Shown: piece after piece, positions 29,339-38,880 of the stretch
How positions within the stretch are numbered: position 1 is the first letter of the stretch
Layout of the letters: every line of letters begins with the position of its first letter
Assembly (NCBI GenBank): GCA_964625855.1
Contig: CAZVFC010000046.1
Location: 854 to 64,853 of the forward strand
Direction: 5' to 3'
Source: an uncultured Verrucomicrobiota bacterium
Lineage (GTDB): Bacteria; Verrucomicrobiota; Verrucomicrobiia; Limisphaerales; UBA8199
DNA length: 64,000 bases
Program-made: the position numbers and the translations under genes
The notes under the pieces: generated by a model
What the model was told of the DNA's origin: nothing
Database searches by the model: none
The model's input: only the letters and a program-made list of their open reading frames with translations

Positions 29339-30037
29339 CTACTCTCGCTCGGGCGTGACCCCTGGGGCTTCCGGCCTCTGCTTTGGAATAACGATCAGCT
29401 TGCCGTCCTTTACCTGGATGTCCTGCAGCCCTTGCAGCACCGCCGTGGCGTTTGGTTCGTTGGCAAGCCCTTGAGCAAAGTTCTGCTTGCGGATTCCCTG
29501 CATGTACATCTCCGGCACCGGTTTCCCTCTTACTTCGATCGTCTGTGGCGCGACGAATAGAACCCCGCCTTGCAGCGACACAACGAACGTGCCGCTGCCG
29601 TTGAGATAGCGGCCCTTGACCATCTTCCAGGGTAGCTGCTCTTGCAGTGGCAGGCTCAATTCTGCCTTCAACCGGTCTTCGTCCAGGCGCACGTAGAACT
29701 TGCCTTTCATGGGCTGTTTGTCCGGGCCGCCTGCAATCAGCGCGTTGATCTCGTCGGCGGTCAGAACGAGGGGCTCCGCCGGACGCTGCGCCCGAACAGC
29801 CTCCTCAAACGCCTGCCACCGTTGCTTCAATTTGTCTGTGTCCGCTTGGGACATCTGCACCGTCGGCAGCGTCATCGGCTTGGTGTCGGTGTATTGGTTG
29901 ACCAGCCCGCTCAACTTCTTCATCCCAAAATGGATCCCCAACAGGAGTGCCACCAGGAGAAGCACCAGCATCACGAGGCCGGTGATGCAGCCGTAAAAGA
30001 GACAGCCTCGGCGGGGCTTGGGTGGTTGTTCGTTCAT
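29339..30037 (-). CDS. Hypothetical membrane-anchored protein with one N-terminal TM helix. It is the last gene of the nfeD-flotillin-CA operon.
   Basis: The ORF is clean with a TM segment LVMLVLLLVALLLGIHF. I did not recognise a family. It is tightly spaced (18 bp) after the carbonic anhydrase gene. Confidence 0.5.
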   Translation of the reverse strand: MNEQPPKPRRGCLFYGCITGLVMLVLLLVALLLGIHFGMKKLSGLVNQYTDTKPMTLPTVQMSQADTDKLKQRWQAFEEAVRAQRPAEPLVLTADEINALIAGGPDKQPMKGKFYVRLDEDRLKAELSLPLQEQLPWKMVKGRYLNGSGTFVVSLQGGVLFVAPQTIEVRGKPVPEMYMQGIRKQNFAQGLANEPNATAVLQGLQDIQVKDGKLIVIPKQRPEAPGVTPERE

Positions 30038-30055
30038 AAACGTCGTTCTCCTGAT

Positions 30056-30967
30056 TCACTTCTGCCTTTTGTGAAGACGAAACCTGGGGCGAACCGGTGG
30101 CGGTGAGGGAATCTTTGGGGGAACAGCGGTCTTGGCTTTCTCTTTCTCGCGGCGCCAAGATTCATAGGTGGCACGCAGCACCCGACTGGTCGGAGACGCA
30201 GTGGGCTCGGCAGACGGTGCCGGCGGTGTCGGCGGTGGTTTGCTTTCCAACTGACGCACCTTCTCGGACAGCCAATCGCCCGCCTGTGTGACGGCCTCGC
30301 CAATCTTCGTCTCGGGGAACTTGATCCCCCCAATCTCGAAGTTGGCCAGTCCCTTCAGAGCATCCACGGTCTGGCCAGCGGCAGCCACCGCCTCGTTCCA
30401 GCGCGCGCCCATGGTTTCCAGCGTCTGATAGCCGTTGACCACCCACTCCACCTTGCCCGTCTCTATATCCACCACCAGCCCGTGCACCGGAATCCTCGGC
30501 CCGATCAGCGGGCTCTGGCGCACAATATCTACGGCCTTGATCACGTTACCCCGTTCACTGGCAAACATGCCAAAGAACTCGTTGACGTTGGCTGGAACCA
30601 GGTGCCGCTCCACGCCCAGTGCCCGAAACTGGTCGAGCAACGCCATGGTCGTCGTCTTGCCCACCTGGCAATCCGTATGCCCAATGATGGCGATTTCCTT
30701 GCCCCCTTTGACCGCGCACGCCAGGGCCAGCGAGCGCATCGTGCTGCTCAAAGGTCCGGTGATGATGTTGCCCGCGTTGCGCAGCCAGATGAATTGGTTC
30801 TCCGGAACTCCCAGCACCTCTGGCAACAGCGGATTCAGCCGCGTATCAATGCAAGTCAGCGCCACCAGCGGCAGCCCGCTCTCGAACTCCGCCGGGTGCA
30901 GCCCAGCCTTCTGATCACCCGCTACCGCGCGGTGGTTCGCATCAATTATGGCTTCGAAGAGACGCAT
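30056..30967 (-). CDS. Beta-class carbonic anhydrase (Rv1284-like clade). It has a roughly 110-aa Pro-rich, basic C-terminal extension.
   Basis: It has the CIDTR ... IIGHTDC zinc-ligand motifs and LRNAGNII. The C-terminal tail is ...SKPPPTPPAPSAEPTASPTS...VPPKIPSPPPVRPRFRLHKRQK. Confidence 0.75.
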   Translation of the reverse strand: MRLFEAIIDANHRAVAGDQKAGLHPAEFESGLPLVALTCIDTRLNPLLPEVLGVPENQFIWLRNAGNIITGPLSSTMRSLALACAVKGGKEIAIIGHTDCQVGKTTTMALLDQFRALGVERHLVPANVNEFFGMFASERGNVIKAVDIVRQSPLIGPRIPVHGLVVDIETGKVEWVVNGYQTLETMGARWNEAVAAAGQTVDALKGLANFEIGGIKFPETKIGEAVTQAGDWLSEKVRQLESKPPPTPPAPSAEPTASPTSRVLRATYESWRREKEKAKTAVPPKIPSPPPVRPRFRLHKRQK

Positions 30968-30979
30968 GACCCTCAGGCT

Positions 30980-31225
30980 TCAACCGGTCGCCCTGAGTCT
31001 TTGCTTGGGGCGCCCGACCAGGAAATAGATCAATGCGCCGAGGAAATGCAGGAACAGAATCACCAATACCCAGGCAATCTTCTCGCCATCACTCAAGCCC
31101 TTGTTCTGGATGGCATGGATCAGCATCCAAATCCAGAAGACCAAGCTCGCTAACGCCAACGGCGCAAGACACGCGGCCAGGATAAACAGCATCTCCGCTC
31201 CGCCCAGGTTGAACGCCGCAAACAT
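30980..31225 (-). CDS. Small two-TM membrane protein with a PLD-nuclease N-terminal (PLDc_N) domain.
   Basis: It is 81 aa. WIWMLIHAIQN...WVLVILFLHFLGALIYFLVGRP matches the PLDc_N W...I...lG..iY...GR pattern. Confidence 0.55.
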   Translation of the reverse strand: MFAAFNLGGAEMLFILAACLAPLALASLVFWIWMLIHAIQNKGLSDGEKIAWVLVILFLHFLGALIYFLVGRPKQRLRATG

Positions 31226-31234
31226 GGTTCTCCC

Positions 31235-32785
31235 TCACTTCTTGTCCCCGGCTTCGGTCTTCTCCGTCGCCTTCTTCAGTCCGGGCACCTGTTCGAGCAG
31301 CTTCTCGAACTTGATGCCGGTAAGGCTCTCGATGACGGGCGGGAGCTGCGCCACGATCTGCGTCACGTCTCCCGTCAGCTTGCTGGCGCCGCCGCCCACT
31401 CCACTGCCGGAGTTGATAATGACCATCTTCTCGGTCTTTGCCAGCGGCTCGCTGATCTTTCCGGCGACCTCCGGCAACACGCGGATGATCATCTCGACCA
31501 CCGCCGCTTCGTTGTATTGTTTGAAGGACTCGGCCTTGACGCGCATCGCCTCGGCGGTCGCCTTGCCTTGCGCCTCGATCACGGCGGCTTCGGCTAAACC
31601 GCGCGCCTTGTTGGCGTCCGCTTCTGCAACACCGGTCGCCTTGACCACGTCCGCAGCCGCAAAACCGGTGGCCTTGGTCGCCGAAGCTGACCCGGCGGCT
31701 TCGGTCTCCAACTGGAACTTGCGGGCGTTGGCCAGGGTCTCGACTTTGTATCGCTCCGCGTCCGCCGGCTTCTGCACGTTCGCTTCCAGCTCGCGCTGCT
31801 TGCGCATGATTTCCTGCTGCTGCAGCTCGATCTGCTTCTGCTTCTCGATGATGTTGACCTGCACTTCCTCCGCCTTCACGAGCTGGCCGGTCTTGTACTT
31901 CTGCAAATCATACGCCAGATCCGCTTCGGCTTTCTTCTGGTTCACCGCTGCCTGGTACTGCGCCACGTTCGATTGGTAGTCCCGTTGCGCTTCGGCAATC
32001 TTTGTGTCCGCCGCGAACTTGGCTTCCTGACCCGCCTGCGTGGCCTGCGAAGACTTGATCATCGCGTCCCGGTCGGCTTCCGCCTGAGCAATGACAGCAT
32101 CGCGCTTGACCTGCGCAATGCGCGGCTTGCCCAGCGCGTCCAGGTAACCTTGACTATCCCGGATGTCCTTGATCGTGAAGCTGACAATGCCCAGGCCCAT
32201 GTTGGCCATGTCGCCTGCCGCCACTTCCTGGACCTTCTGGGCGAAGGCGTCGCGGTTCTGGTAAATGTCCTCCACGGTCATCGTGCCGAGGATCGCGCGC
32301 AAATGGCCCTCCAGGGTTTGGTTGGCGATGTGCTTGATGTCGTCGGTGTTCTTGCTGAGGAATTGCTCGGCGGCGGTGGCGATGGAAATGTCGTCGCCCT
32401 TGACCTTGATCTGCGCCACCCCGTCCACGCGCACCGGCACGCCCTTGCTGGTATAGACATCCTGCTGTTGCTCCACGTCAATGGTCAACAATTCCAGCGA
32501 CAGCCGGTCCACTTTCTCGATGACCGGGATCACAAAGGTGCCACCGCCTTTCCGCACCCGAAAGCCGCGGACCTGCACCGTCCCGTCCGGGTCCGTGTAC
32601 CGGTGCCTGCGGCCGGAGACGACGAGCACCTCGTTGGGACCGACCTTGACGTAGCGGCTGGCCCAGATGGCCGCGAAGATCACGATGACCACGACGAGGC
32701 CGACAACTACCGTGGCGAAGGTCCCGCTGAGGAGCGTTTCGGCCAGGAAGAAGGTATGGTTTTGCATAGTTTGTATGGGAGTCAA
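31235..32785 (-). CDS. Flotillin / SPFH (band-7) family protein (YqiK/FloT-like).
   Basis: It has an N-terminal TM segment and an SPFH domain (VVSGRRHRY...FTIKDI). It has a long Ala/Glu/Gln-rich coiled-coil (flotillin) region. Confidence 0.85.
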   Translation of the reverse strand: MTPIQTMQNHTFFLAETLLSGTFATVVVGLVVVIVIFAAIWASRYVKVGPNEVLVVSGRRHRYTDPDGTVQVRGFRVRKGGGTFVIPVIEKVDRLSLELLTIDVEQQQDVYTSKGVPVRVDGVAQIKVKGDDISIATAAEQFLSKNTDDIKHIANQTLEGHLRAILGTMTVEDIYQNRDAFAQKVQEVAAGDMANMGLGIVSFTIKDIRDSQGYLDALGKPRIAQVKRDAVIAQAEADRDAMIKSSQATQAGQEAKFAADTKIAEAQRDYQSNVAQYQAAVNQKKAEADLAYDLQKYKTGQLVKAEEVQVNIIEKQKQIELQQQEIMRKQRELEANVQKPADAERYKVETLANARKFQLETEAAGSASATKATGFAAADVVKATGVAEADANKARGLAEAAVIEAQGKATAEAMRVKAESFKQYNEAAVVEMIIRVLPEVAGKISEPLAKTEKMVIINSGSGVGGGASKLTGDVTQIVAQLPPVIESLTGIKFEKLLEQVPGLKKATEKTEAGDKK

Positions 32786-32808
32786 GGGTTACTGGGTATT
32801 CAATTAAA

Positions 32809-33369
32809 TCAGTTGGGTGTGACGTAGAACTGGGTGCCGACGATCCGAGCGATTTTCACGGTCTGGCCGCTGGCGACCGGCACCCCGCGCTCGTTTCGCG
32901 CCGGCGCGGTGTAGCGGGAGCCAGACTGCACGTAAGCGATTTCCCCAACGCCGTTGGCCGGAATGGGGGTGATGACCGTCGCGGTCATCCCCACCAGTGT
33001 CGCCACGCGCGACTCGCTGGAAGCGTCCACCTTGTGGAAAACCGTCCCGAACAGCCAAACCACTCCGGCGGCGATGATCAACGCGCCCAGCAACGCCAGG
33101 GGGGCGCTGATCCAGGGGCTCTCCGTGGCCCCAATCCGCGAGAAGATCATCCCCAAGCCGCCGAACGCGGTGATAAATGCGGTGATCGTGGTTGGGCTGA
33201 ACGGCGAAAGGCCAGGCATGCCCGTGTCCTGGAACCCGGCCTCCGCATGGCCCCCCGTCCCTACATCCGTGTCCATATCGTGTCCGCCAAACAAATGCCC
33301 CAGGAAGGCGCTGACTATGGCAAACAGCAGCCCGACTCCGAACATTACTGAATATACAAAAAAGTCCAT
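32809..33369 (-). CDS. NfeD-like membrane protein (YqiJ-type flotillin partner).
   Basis: It has multiple TM helices and a C-terminal OB-fold-like segment (GEIAYVQSG..VPVASGQTVKIARIVGTQFYV). It lies 23 bp upstream of the flotillin gene. Confidence 0.7.
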   Translation of the reverse strand: MDFFVYSVMFGVGLLFAIVSAFLGHLFGGHDMDTDVGTGGHAEAGFQDTGMPGLSPFSPTTITAFITAFGGLGMIFSRIGATESPWISAPLALLGALIIAAGVVWLFGTVFHKVDASSESRVATLVGMTATVITPIPANGVGEIAYVQSGSRYTAPARNERGVPVASGQTVKIARIVGTQFYVTPN

Positions 33370-33689
33370 AGGGCCTCACTCAGTTCACGGCGCGATTAGA
33401 ACGTCAACGAGAACGCCAAGCAAGCAATAAAGTGGACTGAGAAGCGGCACTGCGAATTTGCGGCGTCGGCGCCCGCTCCGTCCGCCCTCGGGACTAGATG
33501 CGACCGTCCGGGCTGCGCTCCGAGGCTCCCACCATATCGGTTGCCTCTTCCGCATCCCCCGCCAGTGCATTGGGTCGTTTGGATTACGGTTCATCGGCTC
33601 GCCATGAACAAACAACAGCTTCGCTCAATTTGCACTTATAATTTCCGGGGCCGTTTATAGGCGCGCGCGGCTTCAGCTCCATCGGCAGA

Positions 33690-34562
33690 TCAGGCGCGGC
33701 GGAACACCGTTCCCAAGGCCTTGGGCGCCCGCGACCGGCCCACGAATCCGGCCAACACGAAGATAGTGACCAGATACGGGAGAATCTGGATGAATTGCAC
33801 GGGGATAGGGTCCTTTCCCCAAATAGTCACACCTTGCAGGCGGATTTGGACGGCCTCGGCGAAACCGAACAGCAGGCAGGCGATCGCTGTTGGCACCGGC
33901 CTCCACTTTCCGAAGATGAGAGCGGCCAGCGCCATAAAGCCTCGCCCGGCTGTCATGTTGCGGGAGAACGAGGAGGACAGGAACACCGAGAGTGATGCGC
34001 CGCCCATGCCCGCCAGGGCGCCGCTTACCAGCACCGCCCCCCACCGCACCCGATTGACGCTAACGCCTGCCGCGTCCAGCGCTTCGGGGTGCTCTCCGGC
34101 AAAGCTCACCCAGAGCCCCTGGCGCGTGCACTTCAGCCACAGCCAGCAGATCACTACCAGGACCCAGCTCAGATAGAGCGGCGCAGATTGGAACCGCTCG
34201 TCCAGTGGGATGGCCGGCGTCTGCCCGGTGACGTCATAGCGTATCTTGCAGAGAAAAGGCGTGAGGCCGAGCGCCAGCATATTGATGGCTGTGCCCGCGA
34301 CAATCTGGTTGGCGCGCAAGCGAATCACGAAGATGCCATAGACCAGCGCGAGCAGCATCCCCGCGCCCATGCCCCAGGCTGATCCCAGCCACGGCGAATG
34401 GGTTGCCAGCGTTCCCACCGCCGCACCGAAAGCCCCAACCAGCATCATCCCTTCGAGCGCGATGTTGATCACCCCCGACCGCTCGCTGAACATCCCGCCC
34501 AGCGCCGCAAAGATCAGCGGCGTCGAAACGCGCAGCGTTGATTCCAGGAGTTGTCGTGTCAT
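33690..34562 (-). CDS. ABC transporter permease (BMP/nucleoside type, NupQ/YufQ-like).
   Basis: It is a polytopic membrane protein with the ...INIALEGMMLVGAFGAAV... permease signature. Confidence 0.8.
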   Translation of the reverse strand: MTRQLLESTLRVSTPLIFAALGGMFSERSGVINIALEGMMLVGAFGAAVGTLATHSPWLGSAWGMGAGMLLALVYGIFVIRLRANQIVAGTAINMLALGLTPFLCKIRYDVTGQTPAIPLDERFQSAPLYLSWVLVVICWLWLKCTRQGLWVSFAGEHPEALDAAGVSVNRVRWGAVLVSGALAGMGGASLSVFLSSSFSRNMTAGRGFMALAALIFGKWRPVPTAIACLLFGFAEAVQIRLQGVTIWGKDPIPVQFIQILPYLVTIFVLAGFVGRSRAPKALGTVFRRA

Positions 34563-34642
34563 CGCCGCCCTCTCCTATCGCGAGCACGGCCACCACTCCC
34601 CGCCATGCAACTCATGCAACTGATGCAACTCATGTAACTCCT

Positions 34643-35686
34643 TCAGGCTCTGAGCGCCTCGACGCGGTCTCCGCGCTTCTTCATCCAGTGCCAAAACCCT
34701 TCCGCCGAGACCGACAGAATGATAAGCGCTTGGAAGACCAATGATACCTCTCGGGTCACGTGCTCGGTTTCCAGATCCAGCTCCGCGGTTCCTTTGTGCA
34801 GCGCGCCGAACAACAGCGCTGCCGCTACCACCCCGGCGGACTGGTTCCGACCCAGCAAAGCCACGGCGATCCCCATGAAGCCGTATTCCGGCGAGAACCC
34901 AACCTTGAACTTCCCCGCATTTCCCAGCACCTCCCCGACCCCCACCAATCCCGCCAAGCCGCCGGCCAGCGACATCGCGATAATCCTGATCCTGCCGGGG
35001 TCAATCCCCACAGCACGCGCAGCCGATTCGCTTTGCCCCACTGCCCTGATTTCGAAGCCCAGGACGGTTCGCCACATAAGCATCCAGACCAGGACTGCCG
35101 CCAGGAGCGCCAGCGGCAGCGCCGCGCTCACCGGTGCCCCGCCAAACACCCCAAACTGCGGAATGCAATATCCCGCGCCGATCGGCCGGGTCTCCGGATT
35201 CTGCGAATCGGGATTCTTGAGCACATAGAGCGCCACGTAGCTCGCCAGGCCAGCGGCGACAAAGTTGAGCATGATGGTGTTGATGACTTCGTGGCTGCCG
35301 CGCCGCGCGCGAAGCCAGCCCGGGACCGCTCCCCAGACTGTCCCGGCAGCCAGTGCGGCCAGCCCGGCCACCACCGGCGCGAGCGGTGACCACAAGCCAG
35401 GCCACACGGCGCCGGCCGTTGCCGCGGCCAGCGCGCCAAACGTCAGTTGCCCCTCGGCCCCAATGTTGAACAGTCCCGCCTGAAACGCGACCGCTACCGA
35501 GAGCCCGGTGAAGATCAGCGGGGTGGCATAGAACAGCGTCATCCCGAAATCGTAGCCCGACCCAAACGCCCCCTTCACCAGGATCCTCAGGACGTGCCAA
35601 GGGTTTTCGCCCGCCACCCAGGTAGCCGCCAGCCCGACGGCGAGCCCCAAGGCCACAGCTAGAATGGGTTGGGCGATGCGCCTCAT
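34643..35686 (-). CDS. ABC transporter permease (BMP/nucleoside type, NupP/YufP-like). The start is at MRRIAQPILAV.
   Basis: It has the FNIGAEGQLTFGALAA permease signature. The ORF-track start at 35827 extends into the repeat-filled spacer. Confidence 0.8.
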   Translation of the reverse strand: MRRIAQPILAVALGLAVGLAATWVAGENPWHVLRILVKGAFGSGYDFGMTLFYATPLIFTGLSVAVAFQAGLFNIGAEGQLTFGALAAATAGAVWPGLWSPLAPVVAGLAALAAGTVWGAVPGWLRARRGSHEVINTIMLNFVAAGLASYVALYVLKNPDSQNPETRPIGAGYCIPQFGVFGGAPVSAALPLALLAAVLVWMLMWRTVLGFEIRAVGQSESAARAVGIDPGRIRIIAMSLAGGLAGLVGVGEVLGNAGKFKVGFSPEYGFMGIAVALLGRNQSAGVVAAALLFGALHKGTAELDLETEHVTREVSLVFQALIILSVSAEGFWHWMKKRGDRVEALRA

Positions 35687-35786
35687 ACTCCGCCCGTTAC
35701 CCCACACGAAACCCGACTGCGGCATCCGCAATAGCCCAGCGCGTAAACCTCTGGCAAACCCGCCGAGCCGGAGAGGCTCCCAGGGC

Positions 35787-35877
35787 GTGTACACCGGAGG
35801 TACACCGGATGCACACCGGAGGTACACCGGAAAATCCGTTGTGCATCCGGTGTACCTCCGGTGCGCATCCGGTGTAC
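35787..35877. repeat. Imperfect 90-bp hyphenated palindrome built from 10-bp GTACACCGGA / TCCGGTGTAC units.
   Basis: gtgtacaccggaggtacaccggatgcacaccggaggtacaccgg aaaatccgtt gtgcatccggtgtacctccggtgcgcatccggtgtac is read directly. It lies inside the ABC operon between the ATPase and permease genes. Confidence 0.8.
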
Positions 35878-36015
35878 TCAGCGCGAACGGCCGGAGAGTC
35901 GGGTGGTTCGGTCCGAAATGAACCCGAAGTCTGCGGGTTTGCCGATGGTTTAACCCAACGCTTGCTCCTGCCCGATTCCACCTTCGACTTTCGGATCTTA
36001 CTCATTGGCGCTTCT

Positions 36016-36042
36016 TTCGGACTTCGGAGTTCGGATTTCGGG
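36016..36042. repeat. TTCGGA-type heptamer tandem repeat, the same unit as at 7151-7177.
   Basis: ttcggacttcggagttcggatttcggg. Confidence 0.75.
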
Positions 36043-36050
36043 CTTTTCCT

Positions 36051-37580
36051 TTACGCTCCTCCCATCTTCAAGCCCAGTTCCCGTTCGGTCACCTGCCCGC
36101 GCGCGAATTCGGCCACGAATCGCCCTTCATACATCACGAGGATGCGATCCGACAGGGTCACGATCTCATCCAGCTCCGAGGAAACCAGCAGCACCCCTGC
36201 CCCGTCGTCCCGCGCACGCACGATGCGCTGATGGATGAACTCGATTGCCCCCACGTCCACCCCGCGCGTCGGTTGGGCCGCGATCAGCAGGCGCGGCTGC
36301 CGCTGGAATTCGCGCGCCACGATCAGCTTTTGCTGGTTGCCGCCGGAGAGCTTGCCGGCCGGCAGGTCCAAATCCGGCGGGCGTACGGCGTAGTCTTTCA
36401 CGGCAAGAGTGGCGGTCTCCGCCAATTTCTTGGCATTGAGGAGCCCCAGGGAGCTGAACGCGCGACTCCGTTGCAGTCCCAGCAGGAAGTTCTCACTCAC
36501 CGGCCGATCTGGCAGAAGGCCCTCCTGCAAGCGGTCCTCCGGGATCACCGCCACACCCAACTCGCGAATCTTCCGGGCGGCGCAGCGTGATACATCCTGC
36601 TCCAGGACTTTGACGACCCCGGTGGTTCTGCATCTCGGCTCGCGCGGATGCAGGATTGCCTGCACCAGTTCGGACTGGCCGTTCCCTTCCACCCCGGCGA
36701 TGCCCACGATCTCACCACGCCTCACGGAGAAGCTGACCACCGAAAGCCGGCGGCGGCTTCCCGCGGGTCCCTTCAGGCTCAGTCCTGCGACCTCTAACGC
36801 CCGCTCTGGCCGCGGCTGGGCAGAGGGCACGTCAATGCTCAGCACCACCTTTCGACCCACCATAAGGTTGGCAAGTTCCTGCGGATCGGTGTGCGACGTT
36901 GCCACTTCGCCCGTCACCTTCCCTGCCCGGAACACCGTGACGCAGTCCGTGAACGACATCACGTCTTTGAGCTTATGCGTCACCAACAGGATCGTCTTAC
37001 CCTCGGCGCGCAGCCGTTTGAGGTTCTCGAAAAGGCCGTTCGTCTCCTGGGGCGTGAGCACGGCTGTGGGCTCATCCAGGATCAGGATCTTCGCATCCCG
37101 ATAAAGAAGCTTCAGGATTTCCACCCGCTGCTGCACTCCGACGGGCAGCTCCTCGATCGCACGATTCCAGTCCACCGGCAGACCATACTGGCTGGCCAAA
37201 GCCTCCAGTTTGCGCCGGGCCGTCGGGCGGTCAATCAGGCCCCGGCGGATGGGCTCCGCGCCCAGCAAAATGTTGTCCAGCGCCGAGTAAGGGCCGGCGA
37301 GCATGAAATGCTGGTGCACCATGCCGATGCCGCGGGCGATGGCATCCGCTGGCGACGCCCAGACGCATCTCGTCCCCCCAAGCAGGATCTCTCCTGAGTC
37401 TGGCCGCAACATGCCGTAAAGCAGCTTCATCGCGGTGGATTTCCCGGCGCCATTTTCGCCAATCACGCCATGAATCTTGCCGGCTTCGACCCGCAGGTTT
37501 ACCCCCGCATTGGCCGCCACCTTGCCGAACCGCTTCGTCAGTTCGCGCAACTCCACGATTGGGGCTGTGCCGGGCGTCAT
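36051..37580 (-). CDS. ABC transporter ATP-binding protein with two fused NBDs (nucleoside/sugar type, NupO/RbsA-like).
   Basis: It has two Walker A motifs ([19 protein letters not shown]) and two signature motifs (LSGGNQQK...). The start is at [11 protein letters not shown]. Confidence 0.85.
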   Translation of the reverse strand: MTPGTAPIVELRELTKRFGKVAANAGVNLRVEAGKIHGVIGENGAGKSTAMKLLYGMLRPDSGEILLGGTRCVWASPADAIARGIGMVHQHFMLAGPYSALDNILLGAEPIRRGLIDRPTARRKLEALASQYGLPVDWNRAIEELPVGVQQRVEILKLLYRDAKILILDEPTAVLTPQETNGLFENLKRLRAEGKTILLVTHKLKDVMSFTDCVTVFRAGKVTGEVATSHTDPQELANLMVGRKVVLSIDVPSAQPRPERALEVAGLSLKGPAGSRRRLSVVSFSVRRGEIVGIAGVEGNGQSELVQAILHPREPRCRTTGVVKVLEQDVSRCAARKIRELGVAVIPEDRLQEGLLPDRPVSENFLLGLQRSRAFSSLGLLNAKKLAETATLAVKDYAVRPPDLDLPAGKLSGGNQQKLIVAREFQRQPRLLIAAQPTRGVDVGAIEFIHQRIVRARDDGAGVLLVSSELDEIVTLSDRILVMYEGRFVAEFARGQVTERELGLKMGGA

Positions 37581-37605
37581 GTTGCCCGTAGTGTATAGAC
37601 AGGGC

Positions 37606-38628
37606 TCAGCGCTTCTGAAGCTTATAATAGTCCGGCACAACGATCTTCCCGGCAATAATCTCCGCCTTCAACTCGTCCGCGCGCTGGCGCACGGGTTCGC
37701 TCAGTATCTTTTCATTATACTGGTCCACCGCGTAGCCTATACCCTTGTTCTTTAGCCCGTACCGTTTCACTCCGCCGCTGAACTTGCCGGCCTTGGCGTC
37801 TTCAATTGTGGTGAACACCGCCTCGTCCACACGCTTCAACATGCTCGTCAGGATCAAGCCCGGCTTGGTCCAATTCTGGTTGGCGTCCACTCCAATCGCG
37901 AATTTCCTTTTCTCCTCCGCCGCGTCGAATACACCCAGCCCGGAAGCGCCCGCCGCCGCGAAGATGATGTCCGCCCCGGCCTCGTATTGCGATACCGCCA
38001 ACTCCTTCCCTTTGGGCGGGTTGTTCCAGGCTTCGCTCGTCACCCCAACGTAATTGTCCACCACCTTGATCTCAGGATTGATTTTCTTTGCGCCGGCTTC
38101 GTAGCCCATCTCGAAGCGACGGATCAGGGGAATATCCATCCCGCCCACGAATCCGATTTTGCCCGTCTTGCTGGTCATGGCGGCAATGGCGCCGATCAGA
38201 TAGGCTCCTTCATGCTCCTCGAACATCAACGACCGCACGTTGGGCGCATCCACTTCCGAATCCACGATGGCGAAATGACCGTTCGGGAACTGCGAGGCGA
38301 CCTTTTGGATCGCATCCTTTTGGGCAAATCCGACGCCGATGATGAGGTCAAACTTGCGCTGCGCCAGCGCCCGCAACATGGGCTCGAAGGCATTGTCGTC
38401 CGGCGCTTCGACGTATTTGAGGAAGATGCCCAGTTTGTCCCTGGCTCGCGTCGCGCCTTCATAAGCAGACGAGTTGAAGGACTTGTCGTCCTTTCCTCCG
38501 CGATCCAGCACTAGCCCCACCTTGAACTCGGCCAGGGCCGGCGGCAATGAGACCGCCAGCCCTGCCCCCAACACGAGCAATGCCCATAGAAACCTTGGCC
38601 AATTCCGCGCAATGCAACTTCGTGTCAT
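37606..38628 (-). CDS. BMP-family ABC transporter substrate-binding lipoprotein (PnrA/Med/TmpC-like nucleoside-binding).
   Basis: It has a signal peptide, then FKVGLVLDRGGKDDKSFNSSAYEGA...IIGVGFAQ...GFVGGMDIPLIRRFEMGYEAGAK, the BMP family pattern. Confidence 0.85.
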   Translation of the reverse strand: MTRSCIARNWPRFLWALLVLGAGLAVSLPPALAEFKVGLVLDRGGKDDKSFNSSAYEGATRARDKLGIFLKYVEAPDDNAFEPMLRALAQRKFDLIIGVGFAQKDAIQKVASQFPNGHFAIVDSEVDAPNVRSLMFEEHEGAYLIGAIAAMTSKTGKIGFVGGMDIPLIRRFEMGYEAGAKKINPEIKVVDNYVGVTSEAWNNPPKGKELAVSQYEAGADIIFAAAGASGLGVFDAAEEKRKFAIGVDANQNWTKPGLILTSMLKRVDEAVFTTIEDAKAGKFSGGVKRYGLKNKGIGYAVDQYNEKILSEPVRQRADELKAEIIAGKIVVPDYYKLQKR

Positions 38629-38880
38629 GCAGTGGTTCTAGGGGCAAACCCCTGTCCGGTCAATATTCTGCTCAACCGCTTCCATGTTTTGCCGTGTTGA
38701 CATTCTGGAGCGGTCTCATAGCCTTATAGTGATTCGGGTGGCGGATCGTTTACTTCAGCGGGATTCCCCATCCCCACCTCCTTGGCGAACCGTTGCCCGA
38801 ATCACTTTCACGTTCTCTCCCATGTCTGTGGCACCCGGACGAACGCGATGGCCCCGAAACCCGAGGACCGCCGCGGCCGG

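Noticed and set aside
33385-33615. A 76-aa minus-strand ORF in the 320-bp gap upstream of nfeD.
   Set aside because: Its composition is basic and low-complexity and it has no homology. The region is more likely the promoter or leader of the nfeD-flotillin operon.
35787-35877. The GTACACCGGA repeat array as a possible CRISPR array.
   Set aside because: The units are only 10 bp, directly abutting or inverted, with no unique spacers and no cas genes nearby. It is a palindromic repeat element, not a CRISPR array.
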